Shown here one piece after another: positions 36,901 to 51,323 of a stretch of 64,000 bases of DNA. The notes under the pieces were generated by a model, which did not search any database, was not told where the DNA came from, and saw nothing but the letters and a program-made list of their open reading frames with translations. Source of the DNA: Lama glama. Its lineage: Eukaryota. The stretch is taken from contig CM052817.1 of the NCBI GenBank assembly GCA_028534125.1, forward strand, positions 55,058,001 to 55,122,000. Direction: 5' to 3'. The stretch's first letter is position 1. Each line of letters begins with the position of its first letter. The translations under genes were made by a program, and so were the position numbers.

Positions 36901-39900
36901 GCACAGGGTTGAGTCATGTTTCTCAAACACTCAGTTCTATTCAGCTCTACTTTCAGCATCTGCAGTTTTCTTATGCTCCTTATTTCAAAGTAAATGCAAG
37001 AACACTCTACCTTACACAGTGTCTGCACTGATTCTGCCCTCAATAAATGGTTATTTGAATTGAACTAGATTAATAAAACACATAAATCAAGAAGACAATT
37101 AAAACCTAACTCACTTGAGGCTTAATTTAACATATGTAAGATTTTTTTAATAGTAAAAAGGATGTTATTGCTTTATCTTGGTAAAACATAGAGCAAAATT
37201 TTACCTTAGAGAATATCTAAAATGTGTTTTCACATTAGTAGTTGAAATAACAATTACAAAATAAAATAATCATCAATATTGTCAGATATGTACATCATGA
37301 ATATAGAATACACTTTTTGGGGACCAGTAAAATTTCACATATAATGTCCCAGGAGTTTTACTCCTGCCTATGAAAACTGTTACTTACAAGTACTCTAGCA
37401 CTCTGCAGATAATTTGGCTATTTTTCTAGTTTCAATAAAAAAAAATGTAAGCATGATTACAATTTTATGTTATCTATCTTGATAAAATTTTCCCTTTTGT
37501 TTTCAAATGAGATACCTTCCAAATTTATCTCAGCTCTCATCTGACATTTACTGTTTACTGTTGTCCATATTAGACATCTTATTGCCCTGGATACTGGGTG
37601 TTCAAAGTCATCCAATATCTTTCCAACTGTTCTACTTTTATGATTCATCAGCTTCCACTGAAGTCACTTTGCCTCTGTCTATATTGAAAGATACAACAGG
37701 AAATGCTGTTGATATAATTCTGAACATTTATTTGTAGCAACTCATGTTTAGTAACACTCATTAATGCTGTTGGATTAACATGTGCTTTAATTACATATTT
37801 GCATTCATTTTCTGATATGAAATGGAATTATTTTTACTCTTAAATATACTGTGTGAAATCTCATAATTTAATATATATTCGTGATAAATAAAAGCTTGAT
37901 ACAATAGGAAATAGGATGTTTGGCATAAAGCTATTCAGGAATCTCTTGCAAATGCCAGTGTAAATTTTCTGGAATAGTTAATACATTCTAGAAGTTGGAA
38001 AGAAACTGAAAAGTGATGTAGGTCACCTCTGGAGGCAAAAGTTTCCAAGTATAGCCAAATATCTATACTTCATCAACAAAACAGTCATAGAGTCCATAAT
38101 GATTTTGAAACTTTATTTAAATTATGTTCAGCAGTGGAATCAATGGTCAGACACAAAGCAAAATGGGGTCTGCAGAAAGCAAAACATAGAAATGGAAAAG
38201 CATGTCTTTTCCTCAATTTCCACTTTCCAAGTATGATTTCCCTTTTATGAAACATCTCATTTACATCCTTCCTCAGGTTCATATTGCTGAGTGTCCTTGT
38301 GTTTTCTAGTTCCTCTCAATTTTTGAATCCTTTCCTTAGGAAATGATCTCATATCAGCCACTTATGTTTTCTTATATGAAAGGCTTCCCCCCAATTAAAG
38401 GAATTACAGGCCTGGGAAAAGATTGTTGGAGAAGCACTAAGATTTTCCCACAGCCTTTAAAATCACAATATGTGGACAGGTGCTTGCTGCACTAATGAGG
38501 AAGAAGTGGCCTGGCTCTTGATGTGTGAAAAGCTCTAAGGACAAGATCAGCATACGTGCAGCAATTATCTCTCTTTCCCCAGATGTGTGGATAGAGTAGA
38601 GAAGGCTTTTGAAACAGGTAATTTCAATGCCGAATATTGAGGAATTACTTCTGACCACAGTGAGTACAATGAAAATGTAACACTTTAAAAAGAGTGTTGA
38701 CACATTTATTACCTATATCAGAAATGATTGATCATTTGGGATGGTGAAGAAGGGTACTTGGAAAGGAGAGCAAGTGTGAAATATTAAAGTACTTGGAAGC
38801 TACAGCAGGTAAAGACAGAAATCAGTATTTATTCCACTGCAGCAGGTGGTTAACTGAGGGTGGTCAGACAAGACGTAGGAGCCAAAGAAGCAAAATGTGT
38901 GAAATGAGCAACTAATTGACAGGAGGTTCTGAGGGCTCCAGAAACAAGGGACAGGAAGCAAAGACAATGAAGTTGAGGGAAAGATGCAAAGAGAAATTAA
39001 AAAGGACGCTCAGAAAACGATCTGCTATTTCAGTCCAGTTTTATCCAATTCCATAATCATGATAGTGCTAGACTCTTCCCCACCATCTCCAGAATTTTAT
39101 TTGTTCTAAAACCAAGAAGCTTAAGGAAATTGTGATCTGTATAATTATCATCTGGAGAGTAGCATCTTACAGAACTGATAAGGTTGATAATGTGGCAAAA
39201 TCTCAAAGTCATTTGTTGGTGTTTCAGTCAATGTGTTGAAACTATGACAATTTTTGAACTCCTCTATGAGGGAGGCCGTATAGGTTATATTCTTTTTTCA
39301 CCGAAATATTCTTTGATGGATTATTGTTATAGCTGTGCCTTTATACTCATAAATAGAGCATTACAAAGTGGGGGGGAAAGGTATTGCCTTCCAGACACCT
39401 GAATAAGAAAACTGGGTATATTTTATATACTGTTAACAATGAAAAAAGTATTCTATACCTAGGCCAATTCTTTAGATGCATTTAACCTTCAGCTGATAGT
39501 TAATGAATTGATTTGACTTGTATTTGAATTGTTTTGGAGACAGATTAAACACAAACAAACCCAAGAAGCACAGTTTCTCTTTATATTATATGTCTGGACC
39601 TTATTACTGAATGTAACATAGAAATTAGGCCTAGATGAAAAACCTAGAGCGTATACAGTAAATTGCACCCCTATTTTCCTCTGCCATCCCTACCTTCTAT
39701 TTACTAGATGGAGAAACTGAAGCCAAGAAAGTTAAATAATTATCTAAATGACTTAGCAGTTATTTAGAGTCAGAGGCTTGGTTTCTTCCTTCCAAGCTAA
39801 TTTCATTTTCATTTTTACCATACTATTTAAGTCAGTATGTAAGCAGAAAAAAATTTAAATTTGGTTATTACTTATTGCCATATTTTTTCAAATGGTTTTA

Positions 39901-41095
39901 AAATTGATGAAACAGTAGCTTTTCCCCTTTTAAATGCATAGTCATATATGTTCTAGTTGTTTTAATTTAAAATGTATTCTTTGATATGTATTAATAGCAT
40001 TACTTACTTAATGGACACAGTCAAGGTTAGCAGCATAGTAACGTTTTTAAATCTATTTGGAAATGTTTGATGATAGGTATGGTTAAAGTTTGTGGTATTG
40101 TAAGTCACAGAATCTTAGACTTAAAGTTGTTAAATGTCCTGTGTTACCTTTTTGTGAGGGGGAGGTGAGGAGACTAATATTGGAGAGAGTAATGGTAAGA
40201 GTTAATTGTTTCAAAAGTAATGTAATAATACTATGCAAAGTCTGACTCCATTTCCAGAATACTTTCCAAAGAAGCAGTGATTGTTTCTGTCAGAGGATTT
40301 GTCAACACACAGCTCACAGGAAACTGTTGGCTGTTACAGCGAGAATGAGTCCTCCATAGACATACACAACAAAAGCGCTGCAGTGCCAGAGATAGCCTTT
40401 TTGGTTTTTGTTTATTTTGTTCATTTTTTTTGTTTTGCTTTTTGTTTTTTAAATAGAATGCGATGGTTCGCCAAATCAGTAGGCAAAGATCAGAAACAAT
40501 CTGTGGACAGCAATAAAGGCCATAAGATAAGTAAACTTCCTGGAGTACGGCTGAATCACAATATAGTGGGGTGCACTTAAGTGGGGACAGTCTGGGGCAA
40601 TGCTGTTATAATCAGTAGATGAACCTGTCTCTATTATTTCCACAGATTTAAGAAGTTATGATTTTGGTTATTTAATTATTTTTAATGTGTTATATTGGTT
40701 TAGAGTATATTTGATCATTGTAAAACCCACTGGAGAGTTTCAGACAACCACACGTTTTTATCTTATCCATGAAGTTTAATAGTTATCACCAGTTTCTTAG
40801 TGAAAGGTTAACAGAAAGCATGTTAAGATTCACTGAAAATAATTTTTCATTTGTGGCATTTATCTCTACGGCATATACCTCTGTGAAGTTCATAAAAGGT
40901 ATGCCGCTTTATTTGTTAAAGATTGTCTTCTCAATGCCTAGCATAGGACTTGGTTTCTGAGACACTTCTGATATAATGAATTCATGAATGATGAATAAAT
41001 TACCTGGACCAGGTTTAATCTTTCCTAATTAAATCTTACTTTAAAGAAACCTTTAATGTATTGTTAAGTATAGACAACAGATTGGTAAACTCCAT

Positions 41096-41275
41096 TAGAG
41101 TTGCTACATTTAGAAATAAGAATACAAGATATACAATTAAATCTGAGTTTTAGATAAAAACCAAAACTTTTAGCGTATGTCCCAGATATTGTATGGAACA
41201 TATTATACTTTAAAAATGTTATTTATCTAAACTTCAAATTTAACAGGACATCCTATATTTTATCTGGCAATCATA
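41096..41275. mobile_element. MER53 palindromic hAT MITE
   Basis: tagagttgctacattt...tatgtcccagatattgtatggaacata...ttttatctggcaatcata; degenerate 8-bp TSD AACTCCAT/AACTTTAT. Confidence 0.85.
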
Positions 41276-41809
41276 AACTTTATTATAGATTAAGAATTCT
41301 GTTTGTAGTATGAAGATCAGGTTAGTAGAATCCTTTATGGAATGCTGCCTTTGAAAATATCTATTTCTGTCAGTGTTTATTCTGTGTTAGTCCATCACTG
41401 AGACATTGAGATACTTCCATGAATACTTCTAGGCCGCGAACGTTCTTTGGTATTATTTTGAATTCTTGCCTTTCCTATCCCTCAGTTTTCTGGTGCATGA
41501 TATGCTTTTAATTCCCATCCCATTTTGTAACAGAATAATTCATTTTGGAACAGGAAATGATACCAGGGATCATCAAGTTAAGTACACTTATTTCCCAAAT
41601 GAGAACACTCAATGTCAAAGACAGAAAGGGATGCACAGTAGTTGTAGGTCTATAAAAGAGGCATTTCTGCTCCAGTCAATGGACTGTCCAGCTCCTTCCA
41701 AATAGCAGTTGACTGGAGAATCAAAAACAATTAGGCTGAAATAAAAACAAAGTTTTAATTAGTCCAATAAGATTAGCAAATTTAAGGGGGAAAAAAAGGA
41801 AAAAAATTA

Positions 41810-42000
41810 TTTGGCTAATACTATGTTCCAGACTGTGGTTTTCCTCATTTAATCCTCTCAAAAATCCTCTGAAGTAATTATTATCTCTAGTTTGTGAGTT
41901 TCTCAAGAGGTTGAGAAAGTGTCATTTGGAGGTTTGAGAAACTGTCCCCAAAATACATTATTCAAGTCCAGTTCTGTCTCTCTCCAAAACTGTCCTTTCC
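41810..42000 (-). mobile_element. MIR fragment
   Basis: ctcatttaatcctctcaaaatcctctgaagtaattattatctc...attcaagtccagttctgtct. Confidence 0.6.
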
Positions 42001-44867
42001 TCTCCTCAGAATTTGTCATTCTAACACATCATCAGCTAAGAAACTATCAGGTTGTCTGGAGCTATACACTGAACTGAAATTACAGGTATTTGTCCAAATA
42101 GTTTCAGATGAAGAAAATATATAGAATTTGGCAGGGAGGACACCAGGAGACATTACTGCATCGAGTAGAACTCATACTTTCTGCAAAAGAGCAAACACTT
42201 TCCTGAGTGTTACATGCCTCTACTGCTGCTCTTAGTTTTGTAAGCAGCTTTCCACAGCTATAAACTATTTTTTTTCATGGGTCCAAAGGATTGTTCTACA
42301 TACTACATTTTTAAGACACCATTTGACTTTAAAAAGTCACCACCATTCATTTTTATGTCTTTCCTTTTAAGTTCATTGGCTATGTAAAGAGCAAATAAGG
42401 TCATGTCACTTTTCTCCTTTAAATCTTTTACTATATTTCAAGTTTTGGTGTGAAAGGCACTTCTTGAGAGTCAATGCTAACCACCTCCCACAGCCCAGAC
42501 TTGATGCCTCTACACTTATTCTCATTCGTAAGGCAGCTATGCCAGTTGCTGCACTTATCAAACTTGTCTGCCTCCCACCCTAAGCTCTTTGGGGGCCAAA
42601 ACTTTGTCATATTCTTCATCTCGTTTTTAGTATCCTGAACAATCCTAGTGACTAGTTAGTGCTCAAACTAGTTGTTGAATGAATATTGAGGGTACAAGTT
42701 AAGTAAGTTTATATACATTGACAAGCCTAAAGTTTTTAACTTCTCTTGTGTTTTTCAACTAACAGAGGACAGTACTGTTCAGAATTGGTTTTTAATTCCA
42801 GGCTGGACTTCAGGTATTTTTTTTTCCTGTATTTTTTTGCTAAAATGGCTTCACCCTTGATATATATTCTCTCATTTTCATCTTATGGTTGTTATACATA
42901 CCTGAGTAGAACAAAGAGCTATTAATGAGGTATCATAGGGATTAAAACTTAAAATACAAATTATTTTACATTTCCCAGGAGTCTCTAGGCAGGCTGTCCT
43001 AATACCCAACAAAATCATCTTGGATCATTTCATTACATAGTCACATTAATTATCAGTTTGAGGTTTGCTTTAGATGCTTTTACTATTCAGAAATAATCAT
43101 TAGAATGAGAGCTTTTTTTAATGCTAAAATGACACAGAGTATATTGTACATATAAAACTAAGTGGAAAATTTTAATAGAAATTTTAACTGTTCTCTCTAT
43201 TTTGTGTCCCTATGCGAAATACCTGATGAATTTGAAGTTAGCATCTTCTTTATAGGCAAGATATAGGCAACTAAGATTGAACCCTGATGTTACAGTTAAT
43301 GACATTTATCTCTGTTTATGGTGAAGCTTTTCACATACTCTGATAATTTAAAGCAATGTTACTGAAGGTAATATGTTAAACTATATATGGCACTTTTAGG
43401 AATTGCAATGCACATCAGAGAATAGTGCATCTCAAAAACACAATGTAGCTATTTACAATCAGAGCCTAATGTGGAATGTGATGGCCCATAAAATATAAAT
43501 ACAAATCTTGGTGGATAAATGTGCAATCTCTTCAGTACTAAATTTCAACTCTGAAAAATTAGTGGCTCTTCAGAAAACTGGTTCTCTTCCAGGAGTGGGA
43601 GTTTTCAATTATTAGGGGATAGATCAAATTCTGTGATAATTTAGCATCAGCACATTTTGATTGAAGGGTCTCTCCCATAAAGCATCTGACAAGGTCAAGA
43701 GGTTTCGTTCTGCGCTGTTTACTCACAATTGATTTCTTCCCTCATTTCACATTTTCAAGCAATTAATATTTTTCCTGTACTAAATGTATTCTACTCCCTG
43801 TTGTTCCCCTATCAAATTCTCTATTTCATGAGTGAAAAAGAGAGGACAGAAAAAAGGAAAATAAAGGAGAAAATGCAGGATAAAAAGAAAAAAGTTAAAG
43901 TGGAAAAAAACCATGAAGCTCCTTTTTAAGGAAAATACTTTTGTTTTATATATCTAAATTACTAAACACTATGTTGTTTTAAATTACTTAAACCACTTAT
44001 TCAGTTCTCCTCATTATTCAGGTATATATTCTCATCTTTTAATTACCTAATGACTTTCTGAGTTATAACTTTGAAGCAACCTTGAATCTTGTCTTTGTAC
44101 TTTATTACTTTAAAAATCCTTTAAATATCAGGCACCCTTAGACTCCAAGAAGCATTAACATCTGAAGGTGAAAGATCTAGAGGATGAAACATATAAAAAC
44201 AAATTCAAGGACATGTAATTATTTAAGTAATTAATAGGAGATTGGTGGTTTTCACTATGTCTGTTCTGTGACTAGACAGAGAGATCTAGAGAGAGTGAGG
44301 GGGAAAGTGAGAGAAGTGTCTTTAACTGAACCCATCGATAAAAACATATAGAAATTTTGACTAGAAAGGATCTTACGTGTAGTCTACCCATCCATATTTC
44401 AGTCTGAGAAACTGATTTTTCCCGTATAATGAGAAATTTCAGGATATCAAATCTTTTGTAAATGACACAAAGTAATGAGGTTATTTTGTCCCGATATTTT
44501 CCCTATATTAAGAGAGAGTGTTAGAAATACAGCCAATATATGACAGTCTCTGTTCATTCTGATGTTTTTCTATGAAAAGCCTGTGATAAAATGGTGACAG
44601 AGCAGAGTATGGAAAGGTTTTTCATAAATGTTTTATGTTGTGAAATTGACTTACATGACTAAAAACAAAACTAAGTACTTATAATTTTCTTCTTGAATTA
44701 GTTTTATTCCAAACCTTCAATGCTGTTATTTAATACATTCAATCTTTTATCAAAATTTAACTAAGTATAAAAATATTTAAAAATTACATTTTATTCAGGA
44801 TGGTGACCCACTTGAATAGCCAATTATTTTTGTTTTGGAACAAACTGCATAAAAAAAAAAAGTTATG

Positions 44868-44995
44868 GCAGCCCCTTTTGCCATGTGAGGACACAAGGAA
44901 AGGTCTGCAATCTGGAAGAGACCCTCACCCAACCATGCAGGCACTCTGACTTCAGACTTCTAGCCTCTAAAACTGTGAGAAATTAATTTCTGGGT
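44868..44995 (+). mobile_element. MLT1A/MST-like LTR internal fragment followed by (TAAA)n
   Basis: gccatgtgaggacacaagg...cagacttctagcctctaaaactgtgagaaattaatttctg. Confidence 0.75.
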
Positions 44996-47900
44996 TTTTT
45001 AAAATAAGCTTAAATAAGTAAATAAATAAATAAAAGCAGATTATTTTGGGCACTTTAATATAATAGACTTGGCTCACTTTCATCTTCTTCAGCACTTAGA
45101 GGTGATTGGTCTTGTCCCTAGATGAATTAGAGGAAATTTATATATTAAGGAAAAGTGTTTGAGCATTTGCTTTAATGTTTCCTTATACTTGCCTTGTACT
45201 TAGGTGTCAATGTGTCTGTCAGTGAACCTTGATTTAATTTTCTCTACCATTTTCATGGAATTCTTGGTTGTTTATCGTCTAACATGGTAGATTATTGAGA
45301 GCCATGATAACAATTCTTTATGTTTTTACAGGGGTCAGGATAGAAAACCTCTCCGTCTCATTGAAATCCATAGCAGTTAGTTAAATCCTCTGCTCTCACA
45401 TTCCCAGATTCACCCAGACCAGACACTTCCTTTCCATTCTGAGAATAACTGTTCTTTTCACTGACTTAAATGCTCACTGTTGCTTATAAAATGTCTATTT
45501 CTTATCATGAAATTAGAGTTGAAAAACATTGATTGGTATATAATCAACATTGGGATAAATAATAAAGTAAACCAGCAAAAGAAAACCACACACTACAACA
45601 TGCACACACACATGCACACACACGTGTTCTCCTTTAACCTAACACCTAAAGGGCTTATGTGCTTTGGAAGTCCCATTATTCTGTAAAGTTCCTGCAAAGT
45701 CAGTAGGATCGCCTTTCTTGAATTCACACTTCCAGTTCTAAGACAAATGAAAAAAGCCCACGTTTCTCCTAGATGCTTTCCTAGTACATGCAGCTTAAAT
45801 TGCTTCAATACAGTCTTTTGCTTAAAATAGCCTACCATTTCTTTTTCTTAGGTCATACCCAGTAAAAGAGAGAATACAAAGCATTTCTAAAGAAGACAGT
45901 GGGTGTTTCAGAAAAGAGGTAAGCAACTACACGGAAAGTGGAAAACAGTTAGGCAAGCAAATGATTGGATCAATGCCTGGGAGTGTGAGTGCCCTGCTGG
46001 AGGTTAATATGAATGAGATGCTATGCTTCATTGACTAAGTTTACCTAATTCTTTTATACATCAATATTGCTTTTTACGATGCAGTTGCCTAACTTTGTTG
46101 CAAGTTGCTACCTAATCTATAATGCTATTATTACTCCAACAGTGATGGGAAAGCAGCAGGTGAATGCTCTGATTAAACCTTAATTATTATACCGCCTTTG
46201 CTATATGTACAGTGAGAATGTATGATCTCTACCAACCCTATTACTCTCAGCATCCTACTTCAAAGCAGCAGCTAAAGACACCACCTCAGTTTAAAAGCAA
46301 ATCTGCTATGTTAGTTTACATAATGAACTGCAAAATCAGAGCAGTTTGTTTATCCCCTCGTACCTTACGATCAAGAGAAGCCCTTAGTTAATCACTAATA
46401 TATTACACGGTGTCATTGAAAGTAGAAACTTCATAAATGAAAAACGTTTTGGTTTGTTTATTTTAAGATATAGCTAAAAGCTTGATTTTGTATTCTGTCA
46501 GTTTCTATAGTTAAAAGCTGCATTAACATGGCTGAAATACTTTGAAGTATGTAGAGATGAAACAAATCAGCAGGCATTTAAACTGAGGGCCGTGAGGTGG
46601 AAAAATCACCACTTTCCCTTCGGGTAGATGCCTAAATATATATCTTTGTTAATGAGGTTTCATGCTGTCCTACTGGGTCCTTAATCATTTAAAATGCAAA
46701 TCCCGAAGAATAAAGTAAGACTATCATATATGTAAGAAGGTGGCTCATTTTTTAATAAATGTTTATACCATCTGCTTCCCTCATCATTCTACTGACTGTG
46801 AAATTCCATCTATGCAATTATATGAATTTGTAAACTATAAGCAACACACCTCAGAAGTCAACAAATGGAATATTATTTTTCTTGGATTCCCTGCCTCCTC
46901 CCCTCAGTTTAGAGTTTGTTAATATGGTCAGGCTCATAGGAAGGCAAAAATGACCTTTTATGAACAACAAACATTCTGCTATTTATGATTCTCATATTAT
47001 TGTTTTTTATTCAGTGATTTATGAATCAATAAGAAGGACTTTTTAAAAGAATTATTTCAAAGTGACCTACTTTAGATATCTTGAATACTCAGAGATCCTA
47101 GCCGTGCCTGCAAAATTTTTCAGGTAATTCTGTGTGAAATCAGGAATGCAGGAAGACAACTTTGTGTTTTCAGAGGGGGATTTTTATCTCAAGGAGAACT
47201 CGGGGTTGACTTTCACTCCACTTTCAATATCACCTGCCTCTAATGTACTTGATGGGTTTCTTTTTATTTCTTGTTTTCTTTTGCTTTTTAATTCCACTTC
47301 TGACCCAGTCCACGCTTCAGCCTCCTTCTCTCTTGTTACCTTGCTCTTAACAGTTACTTTGGGGTCTGTTTTGAGTCACCCCTTATTTCCCTTTTTCCTT
47401 CACCTTGAACCCTGGAATTACCACCTTTTTATCCCCATTTTGACCCTAGCAAGGGTTGAGAAGGCTATCTTTACTTCCATCGGCAAATCTCTTTAATTCC
47501 TCTCAATAACACTAACACACATTCAATTTTAAAGCAAAGCAATATGAAGCAAAGAAATAAACTAAGCAATAAGACCATTCCTAGAGTTAGGAAGGAAATA
47601 AACACTGAGTCTTTGCAAGACGATAACCCTGGATGCTTTAGCTTTGTTATCTGACCACTAAGTCCAAATTCTCTGTCCTCCTTAGAGACTTGGTTTCTTA
47701 GGAATTGTTTGTTTGGTCTTGGAATCCTAATGGCTCACTTGTGCTTGAATTATCATATGTCTTTAATATATATTTATAAAGTAATTGAATTTGCATTTAA
47801 AATTTTATTATGCTCTGTCCCATCATAAAACAGTGAGTTTTTTAATCTATCATAAATTAATGTATTAATAAACTCCCCAAGAGATTATGTATTTTTGAAC

Positions 47901-48213
47901 TGCTCAGACAAAATCAAAAGAGGGAGTGGTGAAAATTAAAGCTGGGTAATGTAGGGTAAGACTGAGTTCATTTCATGAAAGGTGTTGCATTTCAGGATAA
48001 CTTTGGAGTATATTTTGATGAAAATGGACACTTATTATAATATTTGATATAAGGAAATGTCTATCACATGTACAGTTTTGAATAATCACTTATGGCAGTG
48101 GCTGGGCAAAAGGTAGGTTAAGACGGTATTTGGTTCATACGGGTAAGAATAATGACCACCTGTATGTGGCCATATGTGTTGGGGAGGGGGAAAATATCTT
48201 AAAGCAGTTGAAG

Positions 48214-48362
48214 TGGGGAGGGTATAGCTTAGTGGTAGAGAGCATATCTAGCTTACATAAGGTCCTGGGTTCAATCCCCAGTACCTCCATCAAAAGATAA
48301 ATAAAAGCCTAATTCTCCTCCACAAAAATTTTTTAAAATTAAAATTTTTTTCAGTTTTTAAA
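48214..48362 (+). mobile_element. Full-length camelid tRNA-derived SINE (Vic-1-like)
   Basis: ggggagggtatagcttagtggtagag...gggttcaatccccagtacctcca + AT-rich tail; perfect 13-bp TSD AAAGCAGTTGAAG at 48201-48213 and 48363-48375. Confidence 0.95.
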
Positions 48363-49339
48363 AAAGCAGTTGAAGAGAGAAGAGTTTGATTTAAAATTGT
48401 CAGAATGTAAGTGACAAGACTATGCCTACCTTTTCAAATTTAAAAAGCAGTCCAAAATGTCCCATGTACAGTGCAGTCCTGCACATCATGTTCAGCTCCA
48501 AAGCCTCAGCCTAATACCTAAATAAGTAGTCAAACAAGGCAACCTGTGGTGTTTGCTTTTCCCTGGTATTTAAATCACCTTATATTTGAGTTCAGTATTT
48601 CTCTATCCAAACTGGCTTTCAACATTCTGGGTGAATGACAATAAAATAAATCTGATTCCCTCCCAAAGTTATATTTACATTATTTCCAATTTCCATGTCA
48701 TGCAATATAATTTTAAAAACACTTAAAATTATATATGTAGATTATTATATTCAGTTTAATATTATTATTCAAAAATCTAGTGTTTCAAGTAATTTGTACA
48801 AACTAAAAGCTGTGTGTATGTATGTATGTGTGTACTTGGGGTCCATTTTACTTTTTATCAGTGTTCCTGAATTAAAATAGGAAAGCCTGCTTTTTATTTA
48901 TTAATTTCTGTTTTCACAGAAATTTGTCTTAAAAACTGTGATAAATCTATTATAAATATGAAAAATAGTAACCTATTTTAAGTATTAAGAAAAGTGAATT
49001 AGCACAAGTGTATAATTGTGTAGTTTGTAAAGTGGTATTTTTAAAGCTGGTTGTGCATTGATTTTTTTTTCATTTAATCCCCAATACAATTTTCTCCATG
49101 AATCTGAAAACTTTAAACTCTGATTTATAATGAAAGTTCAGAATTCTACAAAGTGATTATGTAAAATAATAAGAAAAAGCCTATGAATGAATTATGTCTT
49201 AGTTAGAAAATTGCAAAACTGATTCAAGCTACTCTCTGGAGGATATCAAAGGAAGAAAAGGTAGAAAAAAGACTAAATATGCAGTTGTTTTTGTGTTTTT
49301 AATGAATAGAACATAATTTCTGCCTCTAGAATGATTCAG

Positions 49340-50050
49340 GAATATATGTATTCAATCAATAATAACTTTGTGTCTACTCAGCATATGTCATTATGCTAAC
49401 TAGCACTATGGGGCATAAACATAGACACCGTCTCTCCTCCATCAGCTTGTAGCATAGTAGGGGACACAAAATAATTATTAAACAAGAGAGATTGTCACAT
49501 GCCTTAAAAGACTGAAATATGTCTTTAAAACTTCAGAAGAAAAATAAGTCACTCCTGGTGAATGATGGGGAAAGAAATTTAAAGAAGGTAACATTTGCGC
49601 TGATTTGTGAAGGATGAACAAAAGTCAACAGTGGGAGATGGAGAAGAAAAGACACTGTATATGAAATGAACAGCATGAAAAAATGTGTCAGTGAAAGAAT
49701 ATGGGGAAAATTGGAAATGACATGGTGGCATGTGAACTTTACAAATGCTATACAGTGACTAGGGCAATGGGAAGGAGGTAGAGTTGTGGTAACAAGGGTC
49801 ACCCTGAGTGATAAGCTGAAGAATTTGAACTAAAGTTTTTAGTAAAGAATTGGACTAAAATGGAGGGACGGATGGGAAGCATTGAAAATAGTGAAAAGAT
49901 GAGCGTGGAAGTGAAAGAATTAGAATCATATTTTAGGATGAATTTGTGGGCTTAAGTAGAGAAGTTAGAGAAGTTGAAAAACAAGTAAAAAATGTAGTGT
50001 TATCTATGAAATGAGAAATACTGAGGATATAAACAGTGTTAGTGATAAAC
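49340..50050 (-). mobile_element. L2 fragment
   Basis: attcaatcaataa...agcttgtagcatagtagggg...gaaggtaacatttgcgctg...taagctgaagaatttgaact. Confidence 0.6.
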
Positions 50051-50735
50051 TTTAATAGGAAAATAACACCTTTAGGAGGAATTACTTCAGTATAGAGGGC
50101 CTATAATGAAGGAGGTTTTGCTTTAATACTCTTTTGCGAAGAATGGAATAGAAGTGAGAATGGCAAATCTATTGGCGACCCGTATATTGTTATGCCCTGG
50201 GAGTTGCTAATTTGTACAAAGTTTTGCCACTGAATTCTCTATGCAAACAGCATCTATGAAATGTACATCCTATTAAAGTGCCATGCATTCTGACTGGAAA
50301 AGTTAAGCAAGTTTGGGGAAGATGCAACATTCATTCAGTACTTTCAAATCATCCACTTTACTTACTTTTCATATGAAATTTGAGGTGTATTATTTAAATA
50401 TCAAAATCACCAAATTTGACAATCACTGTTTCATATTTATGTAAAGGATTGCAGATATTGTATTTAAATGATCAAAACCTGATATACTTTCTGAGCCCCA
50501 TAATGTTATCAAGGAATGGCCAAATTAAAGTTTCTAAAACAGGAATTACATGATTTTATGTGTCATCCATATCTGTTACCTCATTTTACTTTCTTTGGAC
50601 CCCATATATCAGTGATAAAAAGAAAAGTACCCAAATTTTCCAAAAAACTGTGCATCTTTTTAGTATCATATGTAGGAACCCCCCAGGATATTTATTTTAT
50701 ATTACTACATGTAAAATTAAGTTCTATCTCTACAC

Positions 50736-50736
<1 letters not shown>

Positions 50737-50784
<48 letters not shown>
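50737..50784. repeat. (TAGA)12 tetranucleotide microsatellite
   Basis: 12 perfect units. Confidence 0.97.
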
Positions 50785-50786
<2 letters not shown>

Positions 50787-50889
50787 TAAATATCTGTATA
50801 TATCTCCTCATGTAAAAATATTATGAGATTTTGAAATGCTTAAAACCCACATTTTCTAAATTTCCTTGTAGCTAGGATTCTAGATATGA

Positions 50890-51323
50890 ATTACATGTGT
50901 GCCCGTAAAAATTGGAGGTCAAAGTCAAGGAAGGCCCTCTTATAACTCTGGCTACCCTTACTATTTAGGAAATTCATGGTCCTCTTGGACTGGGGCCCAG
51001 TGCTCCTTGTTCAGCTTTCTGAAAGAAGCAGTAACGACTTCATTTTACTGCTTACTCCATGGGTTACAGCTTTGTGTGTCATTTCAGTTTTTTGCTATTT
51101 AGGGCTTCTCTGGAAAGAGACAAGGCATTACAGCCCACCTTAGAACAGCCTAGCTTCAAAAGCAGGCTGGTTTTAGGTTCTCCTTGGAATCATTCTGGAG
51201 TCAGCCTTGAACTGGCTCCTTTAGCCCTTTCAACAATTTTGTAAGCACCTAATTTTAATACTGAATTCTTTTTTCCTTAGAGTGAGTGGTTTCTGTTTTC
51301 TGTCTTGGATACTAAATGATGCA
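50890..51323 (+). mobile_element. Old ERVL LTR (LTR67B/LTR33-like)
   Basis: tttgtaagcacctaatt...agtggtttctgttttctg...tgatgca terminus. Confidence 0.5.

Noticed and set aside
47134..47496. 120-aa hydrophobic ORF
   Set aside because: Non-ATG start, T-rich compositional artefact, no homology or splice support
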